From: Methanobacteriota archaeon
GTDB lineage: Archaea; Thermoplasmatota; Poseidoniia; Poseidoniales; Poseidoniaceae
Direction of reading: 5' to 3'
Assembly: GCA_002718195.1 (NCBI GenBank)
Contig: PBDU01000011.1
Location: 219,927-283,926 of the forward strand
DNA: 64,000 nucleotides
This document shows, piece after piece, positions 1 through 8,841 of this stretch. A program made the translations under genes and the position numbers. Positions within the stretch are counted from its first letter, which is position 1; each line of letters begins with the position of its first letter. The notes under the pieces were generated by a model that saw nothing but the letters and a program-made list of their open reading frames with translations, was not told the origin of the DNA and searched no databases.

Positions 1-1
1 A

Positions 2-904
2 AATGCGCTGGATAGATTACTTGCTGACGAGGGTCAATTTATTCCTTACCAGGGGGCAGAACTTGATTATAACAACTCAACAAGCGAGTGGCACACTCTT
101 AGTGGTGAGGAAATAAACGAAGGAAGAGTTTTGCCGGGGCTTCTTTCTACAACAGGCGAAATAGATATTGATCGGGTAACTGCTTTGAGAAATGTTACAG
201 AAACTGGCATACTAGAAGGACTTGCTATTCCAGAGGGAATGAATCTTCATCTAACAATAACCGTGATTGAATCAAATGATGAAAACAGGACCAATCTTGA
301 GATATTTTCAGGCGGGACTCCAAGACTAAGTGCATCATCATCAACATTTTCAATGAGAATGGTAAAATCAGGGGATGAATTAGTAAGAGTTCTTCTTGAA
401 ATCCACAATGGAGGAAAGAAAAATCCTGTGCTAGAAATTCATGAGGTGTCTCCAAGAGGAGTAAATGGAGGCCCTGAGTGGTTTGAATTATACAATCCAA
501 GTGATTTTGCTGAGGAGTTGTCCGGTTGGAGTTTTGAATCAGAGAAGAATTCGGTAACTAAATCAGTTCTTCTAACTGAGGGCGTTATGACTGGCGGCTC
601 CTATGCTGTATTCACGGGCGATCCAAACGGGCAAGATTCAGGAAATGCCTCAGAGGTCATTGACCTTGGTTCCTTAGGTTTCTTAGGAGTGGGGGCAATT
701 GATGGTTTGGCTGATGGAACCGGGAGTTTGAAAATGTATCATACCCAACAAGAAACCAATCAACCATCAAGAATTCAAACAGTCCAATGGGGCGGTGACA
801 CCGGACTGAATATAGGATTTGGAGAATCTTTGGTCTGGGATGGTAATTCTTCCTACCAATCCTCCTCTTGGACAGTGGTTGATTCGCCTACTCCGGGGAA
901 CTGA
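2..904 (+). CDS. 5'-truncated surface/pilin-associated-like protein with a C-terminal lamin-tail domain (LTD)
   Basis: Frame is open from position 2 (NALDRLLADEG...) into the listed ORF. LTD motifs: LEIHEVSP, PEWFELYNPS...LSGWSF and terminal SPTPGN. Confidence 0.7.
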   Translation, partial: NALDRLLADEGQFIPYQGAELDYNNSTSEWHTLSGEEINEGRVLPGLLSTTGEIDIDRVTALRNVTETGILEGLAIPEGMNLHLTITVIESNDENRTNLEIFSGGTPRLSASSSTFSMRMVKSGDELVRVLLEIHNGGKKNPVLEIHEVSPRGVNGGPEWFELYNPSDFAEELSGWSFESEKNSVTKSVLLTEGVMTGGSYAVFTGDPNGQDSGNASEVIDLGSLGFLGVGAIDGLADGTGSLKMYHTQQETNQPSRIQTVQWGGDTGLNIGFGESLVWDGNSSYQSSSWTVVDSPTPGN

Positions 905-976
905 AATCTTAACTAAATCAAATATTTCAAAGCGCATTGTTCATGAACATCGACGCATTCACATGTCCTGTTCGCC

Positions 977-1753
977 ATGATGCCGAGTTCAGTTTATCAG
1001 CGTGACAGATGTATTACTGGTATTCACGGCATGGATGAAATCCTAAGGGGTGGTATTCCTTACGGTTCCACTGTTTTGGCAGCGGGTACTTGTGGTTCAG
1101 GAAAAACTACTCTTGGAATGGAATTTCTGGTTAGGGGTGCTTTGGCAGGTGAAGCTTGTGCACATTTTACTGCTACTGAGCCGAGTGTAAAACTTCTCGA
1201 GAATATTAGGCAATATGCGTTTTTTGACATGAACATGGTCGATACAGGATTAATCAACGTTTTCGACGTTGACGTCCTATACTCATGGCTAGGATTGGAT
1301 AAAGCCAGTTTCGATTTGGACGACGTCCACGCCCTGATCAAAGCAATTGTGGATATAGTGAACACCATTGGTGTAACTAGACTTGTAATCGATTCGGTAA
1401 CTACTCTTTGTTACAAAATTAAAAGCGAGCAATTGATTAGAGATTTCTTGTTTACATTGGGTAAGAAATTGGCTACACTCGGATGTACAACAATTTTGAT
1501 TTCTGAGATTACTTCTGCCACGGAAAACGCTCACTGGTCCTCTTTCGGTGTGGAAGAAGCGATTGCAGATGGAATCATAGTAATGGGTGACGTTGAAAGG
1601 ATGGGGCACTTACTGAGATTCTTACAAGTGGTCAAGATGAGAGGCACTGCTCATAGTAGGGCTAAACATGCAATCGAATTGACTCCGCTTGGAGTCATGC
1701 TTACTCCAATGCTGAAATGGGGTTCAGCCGGTGAGGCTAACTGGGGTGGCTGA
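977..1753 (+). CDS. Single-domain KaiC/RAD55/FlaH-family RecA-fold ATPase
   Basis: TGIHGMDEILRGGIP, Walker A GTCGSGKT, Walker B RLVIDS and RFLQVVKMRGTAH. Confidence 0.9.
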   Translation: MMPSSVYQRDRCITGIHGMDEILRGGIPYGSTVLAAGTCGSGKTTLGMEFLVRGALAGEACAHFTATEPSVKLLENIRQYAFFDMNMVDTGLINVFDVDVLYSWLGLDKASFDLDDVHALIKAIVDIVNTIGVTRLVIDSVTTLCYKIKSEQLIRDFLFTLGKKLATLGCTTILISEITSATENAHWSSFGVEEAIADGIIVMGDVERMGHLLRFLQVVKMRGTAHSRAKHAIELTPLGVMLTPMLKWGSAGEANWGG

Positions 1754-1755
1754 TA

Positions 1756-2340
1756 ATGTTCGAACTCGACCAAAGAATTGCCGAGCAACTTTCAGAGGTG
1801 TCATTGAATTCTGCAATTCAATTACGTTCTGGAACATCAAATTCGTTCATGGTAACTGCTAGCACTATGTTACCCTTGATGCAAATGTTCGAAATGGGTG
1901 GAGTGTACATTTCCGCATCAAGAGGAGCAGTAGAGATTATACAAGCGTTCGAATCGATTGGAGTTGATGTGTCTCATATCCAATTTATTGATTTGGTGTC
2001 CTCTGGAATACTTGGTGGAACTGATGTTCCGTATCAGAATATACACTTTGTAGATAGTCCAATTATGTTAGAGTCGATTTTGTTGAGGACATTGTATATC
2101 CTTAGAACTACGCCTACAGAAAGAAATTTCGTATTCTTGGACAGTGTAAACGCATTGAGCATTTACAACGAGGGAAGGATGTTAGCAGAATACCTGCACA
2201 CATTCATCAATACCTTTAGGCAAAGAGAGATCCTATCGGTTATTTTGAACATACCAGATCAAACCCCTCCCTTGGTTCTGTCTAATTTGGATCTATATTG
2301 TACTGACTTGATTGATAGAGGGCAGGTTGTAATTAACTGA
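1756..2340 (+). CDS. Degenerate KaiC-like (DUF835/DUF7504-like) P-loop-fold protein
   Basis: VYIS...IQFID...FVFLDSVNAL pattern with no Walker A; lies between two KaiC-like genes. Confidence 0.6.
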   Translation: MFELDQRIAEQLSEVSLNSAIQLRSGTSNSFMVTASTMLPLMQMFEMGGVYISASRGAVEIIQAFESIGVDVSHIQFIDLVSSGILGGTDVPYQNIHFVDSPIMLESILLRTLYILRTTPTERNFVFLDSVNALSIYNEGRMLAEYLHTFINTFRQREILSVILNIPDQTPPLVLSNLDLYCTDLIDRGQVVIN

Positions 2341-2350
2341 GGTGATTAAG

Positions 2351-3154
2351 ATGGCAAAAAAAGTTACTTTTAGTAAAGAGGACGAGGAATTTTTTGGTAA
2401 GAATGGCTCATTCGGAGTTCCAAAGTTCGATATGGAGATGAACGGGGGAGTTCCTCGCGGTTTCACAATTATTGCATTCACGGATACAGGTTCTGGTGCT
2501 GAATTATTTGCTAAGCAATTTACCTCGCCTGCTGAAGAGCCAGACAACACTCTCTACATATCAACAAATGAAGGGCAACAAGAAATCATTAGAATTTACG
2601 AGAAATACAGCTGGCCATTAGATATCAGCGTTAGAACAATTGGTGAAGAATACAACTCAAATGTACTTGAAAAGCAATTGTTAGCGAGTAGGTACAGGCT
2701 AGAAGGATTTAGGATTGACGATATTCAAAAATTAGCACAAACAAGATTTGTTGATGACTCTAATCAGGATTACTTGACAGAAGTAACTAATGAAGTAATG
2801 GCTCTTGACCCTTACTTTAGAGTTGTAATGGATTCATTGGATTTCTTTACTCAAAGAGAGGACCCATCAAGGGTTATCGGAATGATTAGGATGCTGCAAG
2901 CACACACCCAAATGTATCGTGGTTTGTTGTTCATCACAGTATCAAACGACGGTTTACCGCCTGCAGTAAAACAAGAATTATCGCAAATCGCAGATATGGT
3001 ACTATCATTTAAAGTTCGAACAATTGGTACTGATTTCGAAACATCGATGATAGTGTCCAAGTTTAGAAACTCCCCGGAGAACCTGAAAATTCTTGTTTTC
3101 CGTGTTACTCCGGACGAAGCGATCACTCCAGAAACGGTCGAGCGTATTGCTTGA
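2351..3154 (+). CDS. KaiC/RAD55-family protein with degenerate Walker A
   Basis: FGVPKFDMEMNGGVPRG, TDTGSGAE (Lys lost), VVMDS and VSKFRN. ATG at 2351 follows the SD GAGGTGA at 2339-2345. Confidence 0.8.
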   Translation: MAKKVTFSKEDEEFFGKNGSFGVPKFDMEMNGGVPRGFTIIAFTDTGSGAELFAKQFTSPAEEPDNTLYISTNEGQQEIIRIYEKYSWPLDISVRTIGEEYNSNVLEKQLLASRYRLEGFRIDDIQKLAQTRFVDDSNQDYLTEVTNEVMALDPYFRVVMDSLDFFTQREDPSRVIGMIRMLQAHTQMYRGLLFITVSNDGLPPAVKQELSQIADMVLSFKVRTIGTDFETSMIVSKFRNSPENLKILVFRVTPDEAITPETVERIA

Positions 3155-3208
3155 TGTTCTACGACGAGGCCAACAGAACCTCAAAAAGGAGGTTCTCGAG
3201 GGTTGACC

Positions 3209-4012
3209 ATGTCCGAGGCAGGAGATGCTACTGTGATGGCTTTCCCAGGCATGGATTCGAAAGAATTGGCTGTTGAAAAAAGAAAGGATACTGGGGGGTA
3301 TGACCCATCCGGTATCGACTTAGAGGCTTGGACAGAACTCGAAGAGCAGCTGGTTGCAACAATACCAAACTATGACAGAGTAAACAAATGGATGACATTT
3401 GGACAAGACAAGAATTGGAGGAAATCGGTTGCAAAACACGCCCTAGAAGGAATGAATGTCCTTGAAGTGGGATGTGGTCCGGGCTCATTCGCAGAAACAA
3501 TCTCTGGCGTGGATTTGACCTGTCTCGATCCATCTGCTGAAATGTTGCGTGTGGCCAAGAAAAGAGTTGATGCAGTGAGGTCTGCAAACGGAGATTCAGA
3601 TGCCATTTATGTTCAAGCGATAGCAGAGGATATTCCTCTAGAAAGTGACACTTATGATAGAGTATTTTGTTTATTTTCATTCAGAGATTTTAGGGACAAA
3701 AGGAAAGGCTTAGAGGAAATACACAGGGTTTTGAAGTCAGGGGGAAAATTAGTTATTTGTGATGCAGGGAAAGCTAATGCTTTTCACGGTTTTTTCGGAA
3801 AAGTTTGGATGGCTACTGGAGTCCAGTTGATGGCTAGACTGATAACTAAGGATAAAGACCACCCTTGGAAAGGACTGGCTAGATCATACACTCATTATGG
3901 TACCAATAAATTTTACAAGAATCTAATGGAGGAAGTTGGCTTTGAGGTAAAGCAGGCTAAACTGATTCTTCCGTTCGCTATGGCCTCTAGATTTATTGCT
4001 GTAAAAAAATAG
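3209..4012 (+). CDS. UbiE/MenG-family SAM methyltransferase
   Basis: YDRVNKWMTFGQDKNWRK, VLEVGCGPG and EIHRVLKSGG. Confidence 0.8.
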   Translation: MSEAGDATVMAFPGMDSKELAVEKRKDTGGYDPSGIDLEAWTELEEQLVATIPNYDRVNKWMTFGQDKNWRKSVAKHALEGMNVLEVGCGPGSFAETISGVDLTCLDPSAEMLRVAKKRVDAVRSANGDSDAIYVQAIAEDIPLESDTYDRVFCLFSFRDFRDKRKGLEEIHRVLKSGGKLVICDAGKANAFHGFFGKVWMATGVQLMARLITKDKDHPWKGLARSYTHYGTNKFYKNLMEEVGFEVKQAKLILPFAMASRFIAVKK

Positions 4013-4110
4013 ATTCAGTTGAGCCTGTAATCGTCAATAAGACTCGAGAAATAATGTGATGATTTGACATCATTACCCTCATAAACCCCATTCAAGTCGG
4101 GAAGTTTAAG

Positions 4111-4434
4111 GTGAGTCTCTTGGATTACGAATCTACGGTTAGGGGCATCAAAGAATCCGACATGAATGTCGATAAAACTCTAGCAGAGGCTCACGAAAAA
4201 GCATCTAAGCTTCTCGCTGACGCTCGAAGAGACTCTGCTAATTTAGTCTCTCAAGCAAATGAGGAATCTTCGAAGGAAGCTCTTGCCACAGTCGATTCCG
4301 CTAGGGAAGCTGCTGGTAAGGATGCAGAAAAAGCAAGAAAGGATGGTGCTTCCGCTGTTGAGAACGTTGCAAAAAGTGCAAAAGATAACAGCCAAGCAGC
4401 AATCGATCTGGTAATTAATGCAATGTTGGAATGA
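4111..4434 (+). CDS. atpH: A-type ATP synthase subunit H (G)
   Basis: Short Ala/Glu/Lys coiled-coil ORF at the head of the atp operon. Confidence 0.75.
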   Translation: MSLLDYESTVRGIKESDMNVDKTLAEAHEKASKLLADARRDSANLVSQANEESSKEALATVDSAREAAGKDAEKARKDGASAVENVAKSAKDNSQAAIDLVINAMLE

Positions 4435-4439
4435 GGTGA
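4433..4439 (+). promoter_or_regulatory. Shine-Dalgarno GAGGTGA overlapping the atpH stop codon
   Basis: TGAGGTGAATCAATG; the same arrangement occurs at 2339-2345 and 7457-7463. Confidence 0.7.
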
Positions 4440-4443
4440 ATCA

Positions 4444-6501
4444 ATGTTCAGTTCTGTTCCAATGACACAAATTAACGTGGCATCTCCTGTTTCGAAACTA
4501 GATGATGTTCTCAGTGTTATGGAAAAACTTGGATGTATCCACATCCAACCTTATACTCAATTCGAAGATGGTGTGGGAATCGGGCAAGCACGCTCTGGCG
4601 AAGAGGCACAAAGAAACAGCTCTCTACTAGCAAAGGCACGTTCTCTATCTGGGCAACTCAAAGTTTCAAATGAAGGCGGCTCAATGAGCTCCTCTCAAGT
4701 TGAGAAACTACTGTCAAGCGGTTTTGAAGACTCAATGGACTCTGCTTCTTCCCTGCAAGGAGAGATACTGACACTTGAAAATGATATTAGAATTAAAACT
4801 GAAGAACTTGAAGTTCTAGAGATATTAGCTCCGCTGAATCTACCTTTAGACCTTCTTACTGGTTCTAAAAGCATGGAAGTCTATGTTGCTCAAACCAACA
4901 AATCTTCGAAAATTATGGATAAATTATCAGATTCCAAGGATGACATCATCGCCCAATATGCATCAAATGTGATTGCAATTGCCTGTTCCCCTTCCGTATC
5001 AACAGACGTGCAAGTTGTTTTGGCTGAAATGGGTGCAAGAGTGATTCAAATTCCAAGCGGAGAGGGTTCTCCAAGAAAGATATCTGCCGAGTTTTCCAAG
5101 CAATTGAGCCAATTAGAGGCAAACCTTGTATCAGCACAAGAAAAACTGGAACAATGGGCATCAACAAACGGAAGAAGCTTATTGTGTGCTGAAGAATACC
5201 TGTCAAGAAAAGTTGAGATTGATCTTGCCCCTACGAGCATAGCGGTATCCAAGAAAGCTTTTGCAATCGATGCTTGGACTCCATCAAGCAAAGCAGGTGA
5301 AGTAAAATCACAGCTTGAAAAGGTCGCTCCTTATGTTGAACTCAGCGAATATGTCGATGACCATCACCATGACGAACATCATGATGATGAGCATCATCAC
5401 GAAGCAGCAACCCCTCCTACTGAGTATGATAATCCAGGCTTTGCTAAGCCATTCGAGCTGATGGTTGACTTAGTTGGAAGACCAGCGTACGGAAAATTCG
5501 ACCCTACGCTACTGATGATGTTCACTTTCCCAATGATGTTCGGTCTAATTTTAGGTGACTTCGGATTTGGTGCAATCATTGCATTAATCGCGCTCTTCCT
5601 AAAATCAAGGGCAGTTGACCCTGCTATCAAGAATGGGATGAACATCATGCTTTGGATGGGTATCTGGTGTATGATATGGGGATTCATATTTGCCGAAGGA
5701 TTCGGTTTCGTCTGGGATAATACCACAGATTACATGACCAATTCACCACTAGCGTTCTTCTATGATATGTTGCCGAAATACGATGCAATGCCACCTTTCA
5801 TCACTGAAACTCTCGCAATGACGCACCTAGCATTGCCTTGGCACAGAGCATCAGCGGGGCACGGTCTAGAGGAATATGTACTGATTTCTGTATACCTTGG
5901 AGCAATCCACTTAATGTTAGGATTCATCATTGGATTCTTCTCTGTAATGAAAGCACACGGAATAGTTGCTGCTTTCTTCGAAAAAGGATCTTGGATACTA
6001 ATTCTAATTGGTGGATTCATGCACGCAAGAGGCAATCTAAGAGCAGAATGGGGGCTATTCGAAGGTACACCGTGGGCTATTATGCTAATCATCGGTGTAC
6101 TTTGCTTGATTGTAGGATTGGCAATATTCGAGAAATTTGGCTGGGCTGGTGGAATCATTATGGGACCAATCGAAACATTCGGTCTACTGGCTAACACATT
6201 GTCATACCTCAGGATTATGGGTGTTGGTGTTGCAGGTGTCAAAATTGCAGAGGTCTCCATCACAATGGGTTGGGTCTCAATGACCAACGGCTTTGAAGCC
6301 GGTGGAATTGGATACCTAACTGGAATCTTGTCTTTCTTACTATTCTTGGGTATCCAAGCATTCGCACTCGCTCTCGGTGTTCTTTCACCGAGCATTCACG
6401 CCGCCCGTCTGCATTTCGTGGAATGGATGGGCAAGTTCTATGACGGCTCAGGGACGGCTTTCAGGCCCCTTGGCGGCAAATCCCTCCACGTAGAGGGTTA
6501 A
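4444..6501 (+). CDS. atpI: A-type ATP synthase subunit I (a)
   Basis: DPT...FPMMFGLILGDFGFG, NTLSYLR and HAARLHFVEWMGKFY motifs. Confidence 0.97.
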   Translation: MFSSVPMTQINVASPVSKLDDVLSVMEKLGCIHIQPYTQFEDGVGIGQARSGEEAQRNSSLLAKARSLSGQLKVSNEGGSMSSSQVEKLLSSGFEDSMDSASSLQGEILTLENDIRIKTEELEVLEILAPLNLPLDLLTGSKSMEVYVAQTNKSSKIMDKLSDSKDDIIAQYASNVIAIACSPSVSTDVQVVLAEMGARVIQIPSGEGSPRKISAEFSKQLSQLEANLVSAQEKLEQWASTNGRSLLCAEEYLSRKVEIDLAPTSIAVSKKAFAIDAWTPSSKAGEVKSQLEKVAPYVELSEYVDDHHHDEHHDDEHHHEAATPPTEYDNPGFAKPFELMVDLVGRPAYGKFDPTLLMMFTFPMMFGLILGDFGFGAIIALIALFLKSRAVDPAIKNGMNIMLWMGIWCMIWGFIFAEGFGFVWDNTTDYMTNSPLAFFYDMLPKYDAMPPFITETLAMTHLALPWHRASAGHGLEEYVLISVYLGAIHLMLGFIIGFFSVMKAHGIVAAFFEKGSWILILIGGFMHARGNLRAEWGLFEGTPWAIMLIIGVLCLIVGLAIFEKFGWAGGIIMGPIETFGLLANTLSYLRIMGVGVAGVKIAEVSITMGWVSMTNGFEAGGIGYLTGILSFLLFLGIQAFALALGVLSPSIHAARLHFVEWMGKFYDGSGTAFRPLGGKSLHVEG

Positions 6502-6536
6502 TCACAGTCCATCGGACAAAAAAGGAGGTAAAAAAA

Positions 6537-6845
6537 ATGAACAAAACCATGAAGAATACCCTAAGAGCAATGATCGTTCTGGCTGCACTAGTCCTTGTCG
6601 CACAAGGCGTATCTGCAGCAGAAGCAACTGAAACAGCAACCGGCAACACCATCACTGGTGACCTTGGAGTCGGTATCGCATTGGGACTAGCAGCAATCGG
6701 TGCTGGTTTCTCCCAAGCAGCTATCGGCAGCGCAGCTGTTGGAATGCTTGCTGAAGACGGAACAAAGTTCGGTCCAGCATTGATTTTCACTGCTCTACCA
6801 GAGTCTATCGTGATTCTAGGTGCTCTACCGCTTTTCCTTCAATGA
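6537..6845 (+). CDS. atpK: A-type ATP synthase subunit K (c, proteolipid) with N-terminal signal-like extension
   Basis: GLAAIGAGFSQAAIG...ALPESIVIL hairpin with ion-binding Glu89. Confidence 0.95.
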   Translation: MNKTMKNTLRAMIVLAALVLVAQGVSAAEATETATGNTITGDLGVGIALGLAAIGAGFSQAAIGSAAVGMLAEDGTKFGPALIFTALPESIVILGALPLFLQ

Positions 6846-6894
6846 AGAGCAGTAAAGTCATCGATTTGATTTACGTAACAGAACAGGTGAGAAC

Positions 6895-7458
6895 ATGTCA
6901 ATGAAGAAATTAGCAGAAGAAGTCGCTAAGGATGCCAAAGCAGAAGCAAAGCAAATAGTCGCACAAGCCAAAGAGGAAGCATCCTCCATAATGGAAAAGG
7001 CGCAAGCTGAAGCAGATGCTATCAGAGCAGGCGCTTCTGCCAAAGCAGAAAAAGAAGCAAAGCAAGTTTCCCGTGAGGTTGTTGCAAGTGCTAACCAAGC
7101 AATGCAAAAGGATATCTTAATCGCTAAGAAAGAAGCACTCGATGCTACTCTAGCAAACGCAAAAGAAATCCTAGCGGATGCAGGTTGGAAGAAGAGATCA
7201 TCTCTCCTGAAAGCACTAATGTCACAAGCAGATGAAATGAGTGATTCTTCCTTCACCGTACATCCAGTAGAAGTTGATAAAGCGGCTGTTAAGAAATTAG
7301 CAGGTGATAGAAAAGTCGGCGATACTGTAGAAGGCTTGGGTGGATTCACTCTAGTAAGTGCTGATGGAAGCGTATCTTTTGACTTCAGATTTGACAGTAA
7401 ACTAAATCAAACCTGGTCTAATAATCTAGCTGGAATAAATAAAACTCTATTTGGATGA
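6895..7458 (+). CDS. atpE: A-type ATP synthase subunit E
   Basis: N-terminal coiled coil, GLGGFTLVSADG motif and operon position. Confidence 0.9.
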   Translation: MSMKKLAEEVAKDAKAEAKQIVAQAKEEASSIMEKAQAEADAIRAGASAKAEKEAKQVSREVVASANQAMQKDILIAKKEALDATLANAKEILADAGWKKRSSLLKALMSQADEMSDSSFTVHPVEVDKAAVKKLAGDRKVGDTVEGLGGFTLVSADGSVSFDFRFDSKLNQTWSNNLAGINKTLFG

Positions 7459-7467
7459 GGTGAAAGA

Positions 7468-8514
7468 ATGGCACTGAGCAATGTTTCGTATGTTTCTGCA
7501 AGAGCAAAAACACGTCGCAAGCAACTTGCAAGCGATTCACAAATCAGAGCCCTAATCAGCCAATCCCCTGAGCAAATTTCAGTTTCTGTTGGAGATATCC
7601 ATCAAAGACTTAGGGAGGACCTTGACAGATTCGCTGGAATATACAGTGGAGGAGACTTAGTTGAAGCAGCACTTTCTCACAATTTGGAAAAAGAGCTAAA
7701 CTCAATCTTCAATCTTTGCGCTGGAAAAGTAAAGAACCATCTAAGCGTGTTTACACAAAGATATCAATACCAAAATGCAAAATCCGTATTGAGGGCAGTG
7801 TTTAACGAAGTTGATGTTGAAAAGGTAGAACATGACATCCTGCCTAACATCGACCAAATTAACGCACCTTGGTTGGATTTCGTCGAGAAATCAGAGACTT
7901 TGCGTGATGCAGTTGTTAACATGAAAAAGATGCCTTATGGAAAAGTGCTGATGTCGCTTCCAGAGGATTCAACACTAGCACAATATGAAGATGCTTTGGA
8001 CATGCACTACTATGCAATAGCCAGTTCATCAATCAAAGGTAACGGACCAGATGTAAAGATGCTTCAGGACTTAATAGCAATGGAAATTGATCACAAGAAC
8101 ATCCTGAACATCTTAGAAGCAAATGCAGTTGGTTACCAGGACAAGTTGGACCAAATTCTAATCCCTGGCGGTAAATTACTGCCAAAGCGCTCATTCCAAT
8201 CGATTATTTCTGGAAAGAGAGCGGGTATGCTTGAAGTGCTTGCGAAATCTTCTAGGTTTGACTCTGAAGGATTTGCAGAGGTTCTACAAGAGTGCGAAGA
8301 AAGCTTCAGTTTGGACCCAGCTGTTACTTGGTTGAAAGAAAGAGAATATGCACACATGAGCAGGATGAGTTACCTCCATCCTGTAAGCTCATTGCCTGTA
8401 GTACACTATGTTTCAATGAAGGTCAAAGAAATTTCAGACTTGAGGCTTGTAGTTCGTGGTAGACTCGCAGGTCTATCCTCTGAAGTACTTGAAGCACACA
8501 TATTAGGAGCGTGA
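7468..8514 (+). CDS. atpC: A-type ATP synthase subunit C
   Basis: YVSARAK, EIDHKNI, LIPGG and KVKEISDLR motifs; operon position. Confidence 0.9.
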   Translation: MALSNVSYVSARAKTRRKQLASDSQIRALISQSPEQISVSVGDIHQRLREDLDRFAGIYSGGDLVEAALSHNLEKELNSIFNLCAGKVKNHLSVFTQRYQYQNAKSVLRAVFNEVDVEKVEHDILPNIDQINAPWLDFVEKSETLRDAVVNMKKMPYGKVLMSLPEDSTLAQYEDALDMHYYAIASSSIKGNGPDVKMLQDLIAMEIDHKNILNILEANAVGYQDKLDQILIPGGKLLPKRSFQSIISGKRAGMLEVLAKSSRFDSEGFAEVLQECEESFSLDPAVTWLKEREYAHMSRMSYLHPVSSLPVVHYVSMKVKEISDLRLVVRGRLAGLSSEVLEAHILGA

Positions 8515-8518
8515 AGAA

Positions 8519-8818
8519 ATGGAGATAGCAGTATTGGGTTCTCCTGCATTCACTCTAGGATTCCAGTTAGCTGGAATATCACATATATACAACCCTGAGG
8601 GAGATGAAGCAATTCAATCAGAACTCAAGGTTCTACTAAATTCAAAAGATGTTGGAATTGTCGTGGTCGACTCTGAGGTTCTAGCGTCTTTGCCTGACAG
8701 ATTGCGAGAGCAAATGTCGGCATCTGTCTCCCCGACAATCCTAGGAATAGGTACCGAGGAAGACAACACCTTGCGTGAGACAATACGCAAGGCAATCGGA
8801 GTTGACTTGTGGAAGTGA
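8519..8818 (+). CDS. atpF: A-type ATP synthase subunit F
   Basis: IAVLG...GFQLAGI...IRKAIGVDL. Confidence 0.95.
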   Translation: MEIAVLGSPAFTLGFQLAGISHIYNPEGDEAIQSELKVLLNSKDVGIVVVDSEVLASLPDRLREQMSASVSPTILGIGTEEDNTLRETIRKAIGVDLWK

Positions 8819-8841
8819 TTTCCAAAAAGGAGGAAAAAAGC

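Noticed and set aside
977-3154. Circadian kai clock
   Set aside because: Single-domain proteins, no kaiA/kaiB, and the canonical phospho-sites are absent.
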